A DNA stretch of 32,701 nucleotides from Arthrobacter sp. GTDB taxonomy: Bacteria > Actinomycetota > Actinomycetes > Actinomycetales > Micrococcaceae. Below are positions 1 through 8,191 of this stretch, one piece after another. The number at the start of each line of letters is the position of its first letter. Positions within the stretch are counted from its first letter, which is position 1. The stretch spans positions 1 to 32,701 of the forward strand of contig JBKKDH010000122.1 of NCBI GenBank assembly GCA_046708445.1. Reading direction: 5' to 3'. The translations under genes were made by a program, and so were the position numbers. The notes under the pieces are model-generated. The model did not search any database. It saw only the letters and a list, made by a program, of their open reading frames with translations, and had not been told where the DNA came from.

Positions 1-560
1 GCGGTCCCCATCCAGCTGAACACCAGGAGCACGATGATCAGCAGGAGCCAGCTGGGGAGGTTCTTCTTCAGGCCGTCCCCTCCGCCGCTGGTGGCCACTG
101 CCACCACCAGCAGGGCGGGCATCATGATGAGGGCCTCCAGGACGAAGAGCATCACCTTGTCCACTTTTCCGCCGAAATAGGCCATGGTGCAGCCATATAC
201 CGCGGCGACCAGGACGGACACGAGGCCCACAATCAGGCCGATCAGGATGGAGATCCTGGTGCCTTCGACAGTCATGGCGTAGAGGTCGATGCCGGCCTGC
301 GAGGTGCCGAGGAAGTGGTCACCGGAAGGTGGCATGCCGATGTTGAAGGGGTCGATGGTCTCCTTGTCCCAAGGCGTGAAGTACCCGCCGACGAAGGAGA
401 AGAGCGTCAGGCCAAGGAAAATGATGAGGCCCGCCACGGCGGTCCGGTTCCGCATGAACCGCCGGAAGATGATGGTGGATTTGCCGATGACTGCGTCGGC
501 GCTTTCCAGGTGCGCGTCCTGCGCGACTGCGGCCGCGTCAACGGCGTTGAGGTTGGTCAC
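1..560 (-). CDS. oppC: Oligopeptide/dipeptide ABC transporter permease (OppC/DppC type), truncated at the window edge
   Basis: Not in the ORF track. Manual translation from GTG at 560 gives VTNLNAVDAAAVAQDAHLESADAVIGKSTIIFRRFMRNRTAVAGLIIF...HFLGTSQAGIDLYAMTVEGTRISILIG, the OppC N-terminal RRF..N and H.LGT..G.D signature. It starts 2 bp after the oppB stop. Confidence 0.9.
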   Translation of the reverse strand, partial: MTNLNAVDAAAVAQDAHLESADAVIGKSTIIFRRFMRNRTAVAGLIIFLGLTLFSFVGGYFTPWDKETIDPFNIGMPPSGDHFLGTSQAGIDLYAMTVEGTRISILIGLIVGLVSVLVAAVYGCTMAYFGGKVDKVMLFVLEALIMMPALLVVAVATSGGGDGLKKNLPSWLLLIIVLLVFSWMGT

Positions 561-562
561 TG

Positions 563-1546
563 CTACTGCACCCTGACTCTCGGGTCAACAAGCGTGGTGG
601 CGAAGTCTGCCAGGATGGCGCCCAGGGCGAAGATGACCGAGCCGTAGGCAAGCGTGGCAGTGGCGGCGTTCACGTCCTGGAGGGAGATGGCGTCGATGCT
701 CCAGGATCCGACGCCCGGCCAGGCGAAGATCTTCTCGGCGAAGAAGCCGCCCGCGAAGATGGCCGGGATGGTGAAGGCGATGCTCTGTGCAACGGGGATG
801 AAGGAGACACGGAGGGCGTGCCGGGAGATGGCCTGGTTGCGGGTCAGGCCCTTGGCGCGGGCCGTGCGGACGAAATCCGCGTTCACATTGTCCAGCAGGT
901 ATTGCCGCTGGGCGATCTGGTAGGAACCCCAACCCACCAGCGTGATGGCGACGGTGGGCACTGCGTAATGGGCCACCATGTCCAGGAACTGCGCCCACCC
1001 CTGTTCCATGCCGGGCGTCGAGATGCCGGTGACGAAGAAGATCCGCTCACCGACGGTTTCGTTGATGTTGATGGCACCGAGCTGCACCAGGAAGTAGGCA
1101 ATGGGTGCCGGCACGATGTAGGCGAGGTAGCTGTAGGAGGTGATGACGCGGTCCTGGAACTTGTACTGCCGGGCCGCCGAGTACACACCGAGGGCGACGC
1201 CGATCACGAGGGTCAGGACGATGGAGGCGAGGAAGAGCCGGGTGGAGATCCACACGCGGTCGCCGAACTCGGCGTTGATGTAGGCGCCATTGGGGCTGCG
1301 GCCCCAGTCCCAGCGGGTCACTATGCCCGTCAGCCACTCTACGTAACGCTCCCAGGGGCTAAGGTCCGGGTCCAGCCCCTTGAGGCGCATGGAGTTGGCG
1401 ACCTGCTCTGGAGTGGGGCGTGGAATTCTTTCCTGCTCCAGCAGCGCTGGCTTGAGGGAGCTGACCGCAAGGAAATACCCGGCCGAAGTGGTCAGGAAGA
1501 TCATAAAAACATACGTGATTCCGCGCTTGGCGAGGTACCGGAGCAT
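563..1546 (-). CDS. oppB: Oligopeptide/dipeptide ABC transporter permease (OppB/DppB type)
   Basis: MLRYLAKR start, several TM segments, EAA-like loop DFVRTARAKGL...RHALR, C-terminal EKIFAWPGVG and DPRVR. Confidence 0.93.
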   Translation of the reverse strand: MLRYLAKRGITYVFMIFLTTSAGYFLAVSSLKPALLEQERIPRPTPEQVANSMRLKGLDPDLSPWERYVEWLTGIVTRWDWGRSPNGAYINAEFGDRVWISTRLFLASIVLTLVIGVALGVYSAARQYKFQDRVITSYSYLAYIVPAPIAYFLVQLGAININETVGERIFFVTGISTPGMEQGWAQFLDMVAHYAVPTVAITLVGWGSYQIAQRQYLLDNVNADFVRTARAKGLTRNQAISRHALRVSFIPVAQSIAFTIPAIFAGGFFAEKIFAWPGVGSWSIDAISLQDVNAATATLAYGSVIFALGAILADFATTLVDPRVRVQ

Positions 1547-1760
1547 GTGTCAGCTACTTCTGTATCGCCGCTGCCGGTTGCTCGACCTGTTGTGTCAAGG
1601 AACTCCGGCGCGCTGGCTCCGGGGCGTTGGCCGTAACTGCTATCACGAGCTTGATCCTTCCGTCGTCCCCGGCAAGGCAGGGGATGCGCCGCCACTTCCG
1701 GGTTCTTCACCAGCGGGTAGCTGGCTTCCCGCAGCCGTTGCCGACCTGGTCCTGGTGGAC

Positions 1761-1791
1761 TATGTTGCGGGTCACATTCCAGAGGAAATTA
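1761..1791 (-). promoter_or_regulatory. Putative opp promoter (extended -10 TGTGG-TAATTT) with an adjacent CRP/GlxR-like site
   Basis: Minus-strand TAATTT at 1791-1786 is preceded by TGTGG. TGTGA-N6-ACATA at 1776-1761 matches TGTGA-N6-TCACA at 8/10. Confidence 0.4.
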
Positions 1792-1845
1792 CCACACAGA
1801 TCCTGTCAAGAAGCGACCAAACGGGGGGAATGCCCCACGCCGTAT

Positions 1846-1881
1846 CGAATCGTTATGAATGATTCGGTGGAATCGATTTGA
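1846..1881. promoter_or_regulatory. Palindromic operator-like sites upstream of opp
   Basis: CGAATCGTT-atg-AATGATTCG (1846-1866, imperfect palindrome) and TGGAATCGATTTGA (1868-1881), which resembles LacI-family AANCGNTT operators. Confidence 0.35.
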
Positions 1882-1909
1882 CAGACGTTTCAACCGGCCA
1901 TGGCGGACA

Positions 1910-2518
1910 CTACGCCCCGCGCACCACACGCGTGACCAGTTCACGCCAGGACTCGGCGAGCCTCTCAGGCTCAATGCCGTGTACGCGGACCGCGTGCAGC
2001 AGCCGCTCCGGGTCCAGGGTTGCGCTGAGGGCCATGGCCATCAGGTGGGGGTCCGCGTCCACGCCCTCCTGACGCAGCAGCAGTTCGATGTGGCGGTGCC
2101 AGAGAACGGCCGCCGGGACGTCGAAGCGGTTGTGGGCGGACTCATCGGCAGCGCGGGCAAGCTCACCGTATTCCAACACATAAGCGATGCGGGCCGAACC
2201 GAAAGCAATGAGCCGCTCCAGGCCCGGAGCTCCCGGTCCCAGCGGCGGCGGGCCGAACATAAAGCCGGCCTGGAAATCCGCCTCGGCGTCGCTGAGAAGC
2301 GTCATCATGAGTCCGGCCCTGCTGCCGAACCGACGGAATACGGTTCCCTTGCCCACGCCGGCGCGCTCGGCCAGCCTGTCCATGGTGAGTCCGTCCGCAC
2401 CGCATTCGTCGATCAGTTCACGGGCGGCTCCCAGCAGGCGTTCACGGTTCCGGGCAGCGTCGCTGCGCTCAGTGACCGGTCCGGACAAGGATCCGGGGCG
2501 CAATGGGATGAAGCTCAC
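1910..2518 (-). CDS. TetR/AcrR family transcriptional regulator
   Basis: ERSDAARNRERLL...LTMDRLAERAGVGKGTVFRRFGSR helix-turn-helix. Start moved to GTG 2518, which lies 7 nt after a TAGAAT -10 (2531-2526), consistent with a leaderless mRNA. Confidence 0.93.
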   Translation of the reverse strand: MSFIPLRPGSLSGPVTERSDAARNRERLLGAARELIDECGADGLTMDRLAERAGVGKGTVFRRFGSRAGLMMTLLSDAEADFQAGFMFGPPPLGPGAPGLERLIAFGSARIAYVLEYGELARAADESAHNRFDVPAAVLWHRHIELLLRQEGVDADPHLMAMALSATLDPERLLHAVRVHGIEPERLAESWRELVTRVVRGA

Positions 2519-2549
2519 ATCCCACATTCTAGACCCCGGGAATAATATC

Positions 2550-2563
2550 CGGACCGTAGTCCG
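2550..2563. promoter_or_regulatory. Putative TetR operator
   Basis: Perfect inverted repeat CGGAC-cgta-GTCCG between the divergent TetR and FMN reductase genes. Confidence 0.6.
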
Positions 2564-2639
2564 TTTAGATCCTGAAGGCCAACAGCCTCAGTTTCCAGCC
2601 AGCCTGCGGACCCGCCGCAGCCCCGACCCAGGAGTCCCC

Positions 2640-3197
2640 ATGTCAAAGAGCACCGTCCTCACCCTCGTCGGCAGCCTCCGCGCCGAATCCACCAACCAGA
2701 AGCTTGCCGAGGCCATCCGGCTGAACGCTCCGGATCAGGTTGACGTGGTCATCCACGAGAGCCTCGGCAACATCCCGTTCTACAACGAGGACATCGATGT
2801 GGAAGGCCAGGTGCCAGCCGCAGCTGCAGCCCTGCGCGCTGCCGCCAACGATGCCGACACCCTCCTGCTGGTCACCCCGGAGCACAACGGCACCGTGCCG
2901 GCCTCGCTCAAGAACGCCATCGACTGGCTGTCCCGCCCGTTCGGCGCCGGCGCCCTGGCAGGCAACCCCACCGCCGTCGTCGGTACCGCCTTTGGCCAGT
3001 TCGGCGGAGTGTGGGCACAGGATGAGGCCCGCAAGGCTGTCGGCATCGCCGGCGCCCAGGTCCTCGAGGACGTCAAGCTGGCAGTTCCCGGTTCCATGGT
3101 CCGCTTCGCCGAATTGCACCCGAAGGATGACGCCGAAGTTGTTGAGCAGATCAAGGGTGTTTTTGACGCCCTTGCCGCCGCACGCCCTGCCGCCTAA
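2640..3197 (+). CDS. NADPH-dependent FMN reductase (SsuE/ChrR flavodoxin-like family)
   Basis: GSLRAESTN FMN-phosphate loop, TPEHNGTVPASLKNAIDWLSR, GQFGG. AGGAG RBS precedes ATG 2640; the 2187 start in the ORF track is an overextension. Confidence 0.93.
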   Translation: MSKSTVLTLVGSLRAESTNQKLAEAIRLNAPDQVDVVIHESLGNIPFYNEDIDVEGQVPAAAAALRAAANDADTLLLVTPEHNGTVPASLKNAIDWLSRPFGAGALAGNPTAVVGTAFGQFGGVWAQDEARKAVGIAGAQVLEDVKLAVPGSMVRFAELHPKDDAEVVEQIKGVFDALAAARPAA

Positions 3198-3210
3198 GGC
3201 GGACTGATAC

Positions 3211-3250
3211 CGAATGCCCCGTCCGCCGCAAGGTGTACGGGGCATTCGTT
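3211..3250 (+). terminator. Intrinsic terminator-like hairpin
   Basis: CGAATGCCCCGTCCGCC-GCAA-GGTGTACGGGGCATTCG-TT, a long stem with a GNRA loop, 13 bp after the stop codon. Confidence 0.8.
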
Positions 3251-3394
3251 ATGGGTCCGTGAGTCGCCGGCCCCAAGAAACGTCCGGCGTGACCAACTCT
3301 TGTCTCAACCGGTACCGCACCGGCATTCCCTGGGCCTGCCGGGCCGCCGTAACGTTAATGCACGGAATGTACCGGACGGAATTGCGGTGCTGGG

Positions 3395-4237
3395 ATGGCA
3401 AGCAGGCGAAGTGCCACGAAACGGGCGACGGCGGCAGCAGTGGCCCTGGTGCTTCCGCTGTGGCTGGGATCCTGCGCTGCGGGGGCCGAATTCCCCGCCG
3501 GCCCGGCTGACAGCGAGCGGACCGCCGCGCCTGCGGAGCCCCTGACACCCGTTCCCCAGCCCCAGGCCGCACCACCCGCCGGGTCCGTCGGGGATGACAG
3601 CCCGACCGCGAGTCCGGCACCTTCCGGAGACTCCCCGGCCAGTGTTCCGACGGACGGGACGGCAGACGAGCCGGGCGATACACCTACAGCCGGCGCTCCC
3701 GGCTCCGGTGCAGGAGCCGGCAGCCCCGGCAACCCGGGCCAGGCCCAGACCGGCGTAGCGGGAACGGCCCCTGCAACGCAGCCGCCGCCCGTCCAGACGC
3801 GCAATCCCGACGATCCCCCCATAGGCAATGCGGCCGGAGTCCAATCCGTCACGGCGTACTACGTCCTCCTGGACGACGGCGGCAGCAGCGGCGTGCGCTT
3901 CGGCTGCAACGACAGCCTGGTGGGCGTCAGGCGCTCCAACGCGGAGTCCGCCGAACCGCTGGCGGCGGCCATTGGCGCCCTGCTGGACGGATCCGAGCCG
4001 CCGATAGCGGATGTCTACAACTCGCTGTCCGGCTCAACCCTGGACTTCCTGTCGGGAACCTTCGACGGCACCACGGTCACGGTTTACCTGGCCGGCACCA
4101 CACGTCCGGGCGGTGTTTGCGACATTCCACGCATTGAGGCCCAACTGACCCAGACCGCGGTATCGGCGGTGGGCGCCATTCGGGCCGAGATCTACGTCAA
4201 CGGGGTAGGACTCGCCGAAGCCTTGAGCCTCAAGTAG
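3395..4237 (+). CDS. Putative lipoprotein with Pro/Ala/Gly-rich linker and C-terminal GerMN-like domain
   Basis: Basic N-region, hydrophobic stretch and LGSC lipobox; about 120 aa of low-complexity linker; C-terminal domain YYVLLDDGG..GCNDSLV..AIGALL..GGVCD.PRIEAQLTQT..IYVNG. Confidence 0.75.
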   Translation: MASRRSATKRATAAAVALVLPLWLGSCAAGAEFPAGPADSERTAAPAEPLTPVPQPQAAPPAGSVGDDSPTASPAPSGDSPASVPTDGTADEPGDTPTAGAPGSGAGAGSPGNPGQAQTGVAGTAPATQPPPVQTRNPDDPPIGNAAGVQSVTAYYVLLDDGGSSGVRFGCNDSLVGVRRSNAESAEPLAAAIGALLDGSEPPIADVYNSLSGSTLDFLSGTFDGTTVTVYLAGTTRPGGVCDIPRIEAQLTQTAVSAVGAIRAEIYVNGVGLAEALSLK

Positions 4238-5090
4238 CCCCAGCCGCCTGTCCGCCGAACAGGGCATCCATAGCGGCGTGGCTGCGTGCCCCGGCCAGCT
4301 CCGACCAGTTGCCGTCGCCCAGCACCTCCTCGGCCACCCGGGAGACCGCTGCATACGCCGCCTTGGCGGTGTTGCCGCCGATACTGATCCGCTGCACACC
4401 GGCGTCGTGCAATTCACCCACCGACGGCGCACCGACGCCTGCGAGTGCGTTCAGCGGCGCGTCGATCCGGCGGGAAAGTTCATGGAGCACGTGCAGGTCA
4501 GTCACGCCCGGCACGAAGATCCCGCTCGCGCCGGCCGCCAGATAGGCTTCGGCCCTCGACAACGTCTCCTCGAAGGCCCCCTCCGGGTAGCGGCCGGACA
4601 GGTACGTGTCGGTCCGGGCATTGATGAAAAGGTCGACGCCGGCGGCATCCGCGGTCCTTCGGACCAGTTCCAGGCGGCGGCACTGCTCGCTGGCGCCGGT
4701 GAGGGGACCGTCTCCGGAGTCCTCGAAGTTGATGCCGACGGCCCCGGTCTCCAGCACTGCCAGGACGGTGTCGCGGAGCTTCCCGTCGTCGAAGCCGTCG
4801 CCAGTACCCGCATAGCCCGTTTCAATGTCAGCCGTGACGGGACGGGAAGTGGCCGCAACGATCCTCGCCAGCACTGCCATCGCCAACCCGGCCGGAAGCC
4901 TGTTGCCGTCCGGGAAGCCCATGCTCCAGGAAATGGCGGAACTGGAGGTGGCAATCGCCGTGGCACCGGCTTCTTCCACGAGCCGGGCGGAGGCCGCGTC
5001 CCAGACGTTAACCAGGAGCAGCGGCGCTCCGGCGCGGTGAAGGGACCTGAAGGCTGCGGCCAGGGGCTTTGACTGCGGGCGCGTCATCAT
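4230..5090 (-). CDS. Isocitrate lyase/PEP mutase superfamily protein
   Basis: C-terminal part of the 757-aa ORF: NVWDAASA, TSSSAISWSMGFPDG, DIETGY, GINFED, INARTD. No KxCGH loop, so it is not a true ICL/MICL. Confidence 0.88.
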   Translation of the reverse strand: MMTRPQSKPLAAAFRSLHRAGAPLLLVNVWDAASARLVEEAGATAIATSSSAISWSMGFPDGNRLPAGLAMAVLARIVAATSRPVTADIETGYAGTGDGFDDGKLRDTVLAVLETGAVGINFEDSGDGPLTGASEQCRRLELVRRTADAAGVDLFINARTDTYLSGRYPEGAFEETLSRAEAYLAAGASGIFVPGVTDLHVLHELSRRIDAPLNALAGVGAPSVGELHDAGVQRISIGGNTAKAAYAAVSRVAEEVLGDGNWSELAGARSHAAMDALFGGQAAGAT

Positions 5091-5201
5091 GGGTCTATTC
5101 CAGCCCGTCCGCCTCTCCACGTAAAGCTGCCAGCCCGCCTGCGTGCTTCGTTGATCAACAAGTGTTGCCTTGCTAGCAACTGTCGGCTGTATCCTGAGGA
5201 T

Positions 5202-6494
5202 GTGACCCACGAAACACTTGATGCCGCAGCAGGGCTGCTGCCAGCAGAAGCCATTGACGTTATCGAACGCGCGGCCACGTCCGCACACCGCCACGAGGAC
5301 CTGTTCTCGGAGCGCGCCGCCAACATCAGGCAATCCGCCGTCCGCGACGTTTTCGATATCTCCATGAGGCCCGGACTGGTTTCGCTCGCCGGAGGAAGTC
5401 CCTACCTGCAGTCCTTGCCGCTGGAGCGGCTGGCCCAGACGGCGGCCACCATCATCGCCGACGACGGACTTACCGCGCTGCAGTACGGCGGCGGCCAGGG
5501 GATGGAGGAGTTGCGTGCGCAGATCTGCGAGGTGATGGCGGCGGAAGGCATCCTCGACGCAGCGCCGCAGAACGTGGTGATCACAGCGGGCTCGCAGTCT
5601 GCCCAGGACGTGGCCACCAAGGTGTTCTGCAATCCGGGGGACGTAGTGCTGGTCGAGGACCCCACCTACGTCGGCGCACTGAACACCTTCGAGGCCTACC
5701 AGGTCCAGGTGGAGACCGTGGCGATGGACGACGGCGGGCTGGTCCCCGAACTGCTCGAGGCCAGGATCGCGGCGCTCCAGACCGCCGGGAAGAACATCAA
5801 GTTCCTGTACACCATCCCGAACTTCAACAACCCGTCCGGCATTACGCTCGCGCAGGAGCGCCGGCAGCAGATCGTGGATATATGCCGCAGGGCGAATATT
5901 TTGGTCTTGGAAGACAATCCCTACGGCCTCCTGCGGTTCGATGGGGAGCCGCTGGCCCCACTGCGCGCAGCCAACCCGGCCGACGTCATCTACATGGGCT
6001 CCTTCTCCAAGATCTTCGCACCGGGTCTTCGCATTGGGTGGGCCCTGGTTCCTGAGCACCTGCAGCGCCGCTACTACCTCGCGTCGGAAGCCGTCACGCT
6101 GTGCCCGCCGACGCTTAACCAGATGCTGGTGTCCGCCTACCTCCGCGACTATGACTGGAAAGGGCAGATCGAGACGTACCGGGGACTCTACGCTAAACGG
6201 TGCCAGGCAATGCTGGCCGCGCTTGAGGAGCACATGCCCGCCGGCGCAAGCTGGACCACCCCGGAGGGCGGCTTCTTCGTCTGGGTGACCCTCCCCGACG
6301 GAGTGGACACCTATCCCCTGCTGAAGAAGGCCATCGACGCCGGCGTGGTCTTTATCCCCGGCGCCGCCTTTACGCCGTCGGATGAGCCGTCCAACAAGCT
6401 GCGGCTGGCGTTCAGCGCCGTGCCCCCCGAGGCCATTACTGAAGGTGTCCGCCGTTTGGCCCCCGTACTGCGGGAAGCCATCACCGCGCTGTAG
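5202..6494 (+). CDS. PLP-dependent aminotransferase, class I/II (LysN/2-aminoadipate transaminase-like)
   Basis: SLAGGSP, ITAGSQ, EDPTY, PNFNNPSG, EDNPY, GSFSKIFAPGLRIG, LRLAFS. GTG 5202 lies 6 nt after a TATCCT -10. Confidence 0.9.
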   Translation: MTHETLDAAAGLLPAEAIDVIERAATSAHRHEDLFSERAANIRQSAVRDVFDISMRPGLVSLAGGSPYLQSLPLERLAQTAATIIADDGLTALQYGGGQGMEELRAQICEVMAAEGILDAAPQNVVITAGSQSAQDVATKVFCNPGDVVLVEDPTYVGALNTFEAYQVQVETVAMDDGGLVPELLEARIAALQTAGKNIKFLYTIPNFNNPSGITLAQERRQQIVDICRRANILVLEDNPYGLLRFDGEPLAPLRAANPADVIYMGSFSKIFAPGLRIGWALVPEHLQRRYYLASEAVTLCPPTLNQMLVSAYLRDYDWKGQIETYRGLYAKRCQAMLAALEEHMPAGASWTTPEGGFFVWVTLPDGVDTYPLLKKAIDAGVVFIPGAAFTPSDEPSNKLRLAFSAVPPEAITEGVRRLAPVLREAITAL

Positions 6495-6542
6495 CCTTGC
6501 CACACGAGATCAGGCGCCACTTACCAAAGCAAAGGAGCAAAG

Positions 6543-6971
6543 ATGAGCGGAATTATTGTTGTTGGGGTTGACGGCAGCGGAACTGCCAAGAAGGCCGCGG
6601 AGGCCGCAAGGGATCTGGCAGCTGCCGTGGGCGCATCCCTGCACGTCGTCTCAGCATTCGACAGTGACCGCACCGAAGTGTTCGGCAGCGGCAGCGACCA
6701 GTGGATCGTCTCGGACGCAGATGGCGCGGAGCACGTGGCCAGGACGGTGGCGGACTCCCTCACCGGCGAAGTCAAGGTGACCTACTCGGCCGCCCGCGGC
6801 AAGCCGGCGGAAGCGCTCATCAAGGAAGCCGAGCGTCTTAGCGCCCGGATGATCGTGGTGGGCAACCGGCGGATGCGCGGCATTGGCCGCGTTCTGGGCA
6901 GCGTCGCCAACAGTGTGGCCCACAACGCCACCTGCGATGTCTACATCGCCAACACCTACGACGCCGACTGA
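6543..6971 (+). CDS. Universal stress protein (single USP domain)
   Basis: IVVGVDGS...IVVGNRRMRGIGRVLGSVANSVAHNATCDV; AAGGAG RBS. Confidence 0.93.
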   Translation: MSGIIVVGVDGSGTAKKAAEAARDLAAAVGASLHVVSAFDSDRTEVFGSGSDQWIVSDADGAEHVARTVADSLTGEVKVTYSAARGKPAEALIKEAERLSARMIVVGNRRMRGIGRVLGSVANSVAHNATCDVYIANTYDAD

Positions 6972-6988
6972 CCCGCGAGTACTGAATT

Positions 6989-7037
6989 GGGGGGGCACCA
7001 CGCAGCGCCCGTGCCGGGCCGTGCGTGGTGTCCCTTC
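6989..7037 (+). terminator. Terminator-like hairpin after the aminotransferase-USP genes
   Basis: GGGCACCACGCA-GCGCCCG-TGC-CGGGC-CG-TGCGTGGTGTCCC followed by TTCT. Confidence 0.7.
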
Positions 7038-7136
7038 TCACCCTCAGAACGCCATTTTCGTTGCGGAGCCACCGATAAAATTGGAGTGCCCCCAAAGGAG
7101 CGGACAACAACCAGCCGCACCACTTAAGGGGCCCCC

Positions 7137-7475
7137 TTGATCTCTCTCCAGCGCCGCCAGGTTGTTGGCCACGACATCCTCCTGGCCCGGCACGGCAACC
7201 ACATCTGCTCCATGCGGGTGGACCGCGGCAACGGCCGGGTTGTGGCACTGCTGGACGACGGTTCCGTGGACAGTGCCCCCAACCTCATCTCCCCCGGACT
7301 GCAACTGCCGGACACCTTCAGCAGCGTCCTGCGCGAGGACTGGAAGTTCTTCGCGGCGCTCTCGGCGGTTGCAACGGGCGTAGGCGGCCTCATCATGGCA
7401 GCAGCCTGGGCCCTCGGCGGCACCGCCATGGGCGCTGAGACCGCCCAAATCATGTCCACCTACGCGGCCTTCTAG
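7137..7475 (+). CDS. Hypothetical small protein with a C-terminal membrane anchor
   Basis: GC3-rich codon usage, AAGGGG before a TTG start, beta-rich N-terminus and one hydrophobic C-terminal helix (FFAALSAVATGVGGLIMAAAWALGG). Confidence 0.7.
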   Translation: MISLQRRQVVGHDILLARHGNHICSMRVDRGNGRVVALLDDGSVDSAPNLISPGLQLPDTFSSVLREDWKFFAALSAVATGVGGLIMAAAWALGGTAMGAETAQIMSTYAAF

Positions 7476-7524
7476 GCGGCGCGCTACCGGTTCGACTGAA
7501 AGCTTGCGTGCGGGCCGACGTCGG

Positions 7525-8133
7525 CTAGCCCAGCCAGCCCTGGAGCAGCCGCCAGAAGCCTGGCATCACCAGCCCGCCGACGAGCGACCCGGCCACCACC
7601 TGACCCGCCGTGTGGGCACGGAGCACCACACGGGACCAGCCCACCGCGGGGATCAGCAACAGCAGCGGCAGCCAGGCCGGTCCCAGCATCAGCACCGTGA
7701 TGACGGTCGACGACGATATGGCGGCCGCGTGTCCGCTGATCTTCCAGAAGGGGCTCACCGCCCCAATCACCACAATGCCGCCCACAATGGCCAGCACCAT
7801 CACCACAACGCTGCGCGGCGCGCCGACGGACTCGAGCACCAGCAGCCCTGCCACCACCGACGCCAGGGCCATCAGCAGTACCGGAGCCCGCTGCCCGCGG
7901 TCGCTGACGTGGTGGTCCGTGACCTTGCCCAGCCGCACGAGGGCAAGCAGCAGCAACAGGGGCAGGACACAGACGAACAGCGCAGCCAGGGCCCCGTAGC
8001 CGACAGTTTCCGGGAATCCGGGCTCGCTAAGGGGGCTGATCAGCAGCTGGAGCGTGACAACCACCGGGGGCTGGAAAACCTCGGTCAGCCATCGTGCTGT
8101 CCGGTTTTGCGCGCGGAGGGCTGAACCAGTCAA
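7525..8133 (-). CDS. PAP2-like (phosphoesterase) integral membrane protein
   Basis: About six TM helices, KISGHAA (C2-like) and WSRVVLRAHT (C3 SRxxxxxH). Start set to TTG 8133 to avoid overlap with E2; the start is uncertain. Confidence 0.78.
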   Translation of the reverse strand: MTGSALRAQNRTARWLTEVFQPPVVVTLQLLISPLSEPGFPETVGYGALAALFVCVLPLLLLLALVRLGKVTDHHVSDRGQRAPVLLMALASVVAGLLVLESVGAPRSVVVMVLAIVGGIVVIGAVSPFWKISGHAAAISSSTVITVLMLGPAWLPLLLLIPAVGWSRVVLRAHTAGQVVAGSLVGGLVMPGFWRLLQGWLG

Positions 8134-8191
8134 AAGTGCCTCGTTTTCCGATCTGCTGAGCCTGGTCGCCTGCGGGGCCTGCGCGGTGAAC

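Noticed and set aside
3480-3830. Possible tandem repeat or array in the lipoprotein gene
   Set aside because: Low-complexity Pro/Ala/Gly coding sequence without a regular repeat unit; not CRISPR-like.
5091-6503. N-terminal ~470 aa of the 757-aa minus-strand ORF, an apparent fusion to the PEP-mutase domain
   Set aside because: It is the antisense shadow of the aminotransferase. High GC3 leaves opposite frames open, and the real gene starts at 5090.
7050-7080. Sigma-28-like CCGATAA element
   Set aside because: No matching -35 at 15-bp spacing; the overlapping TAAAAT is a simpler SigA -10.
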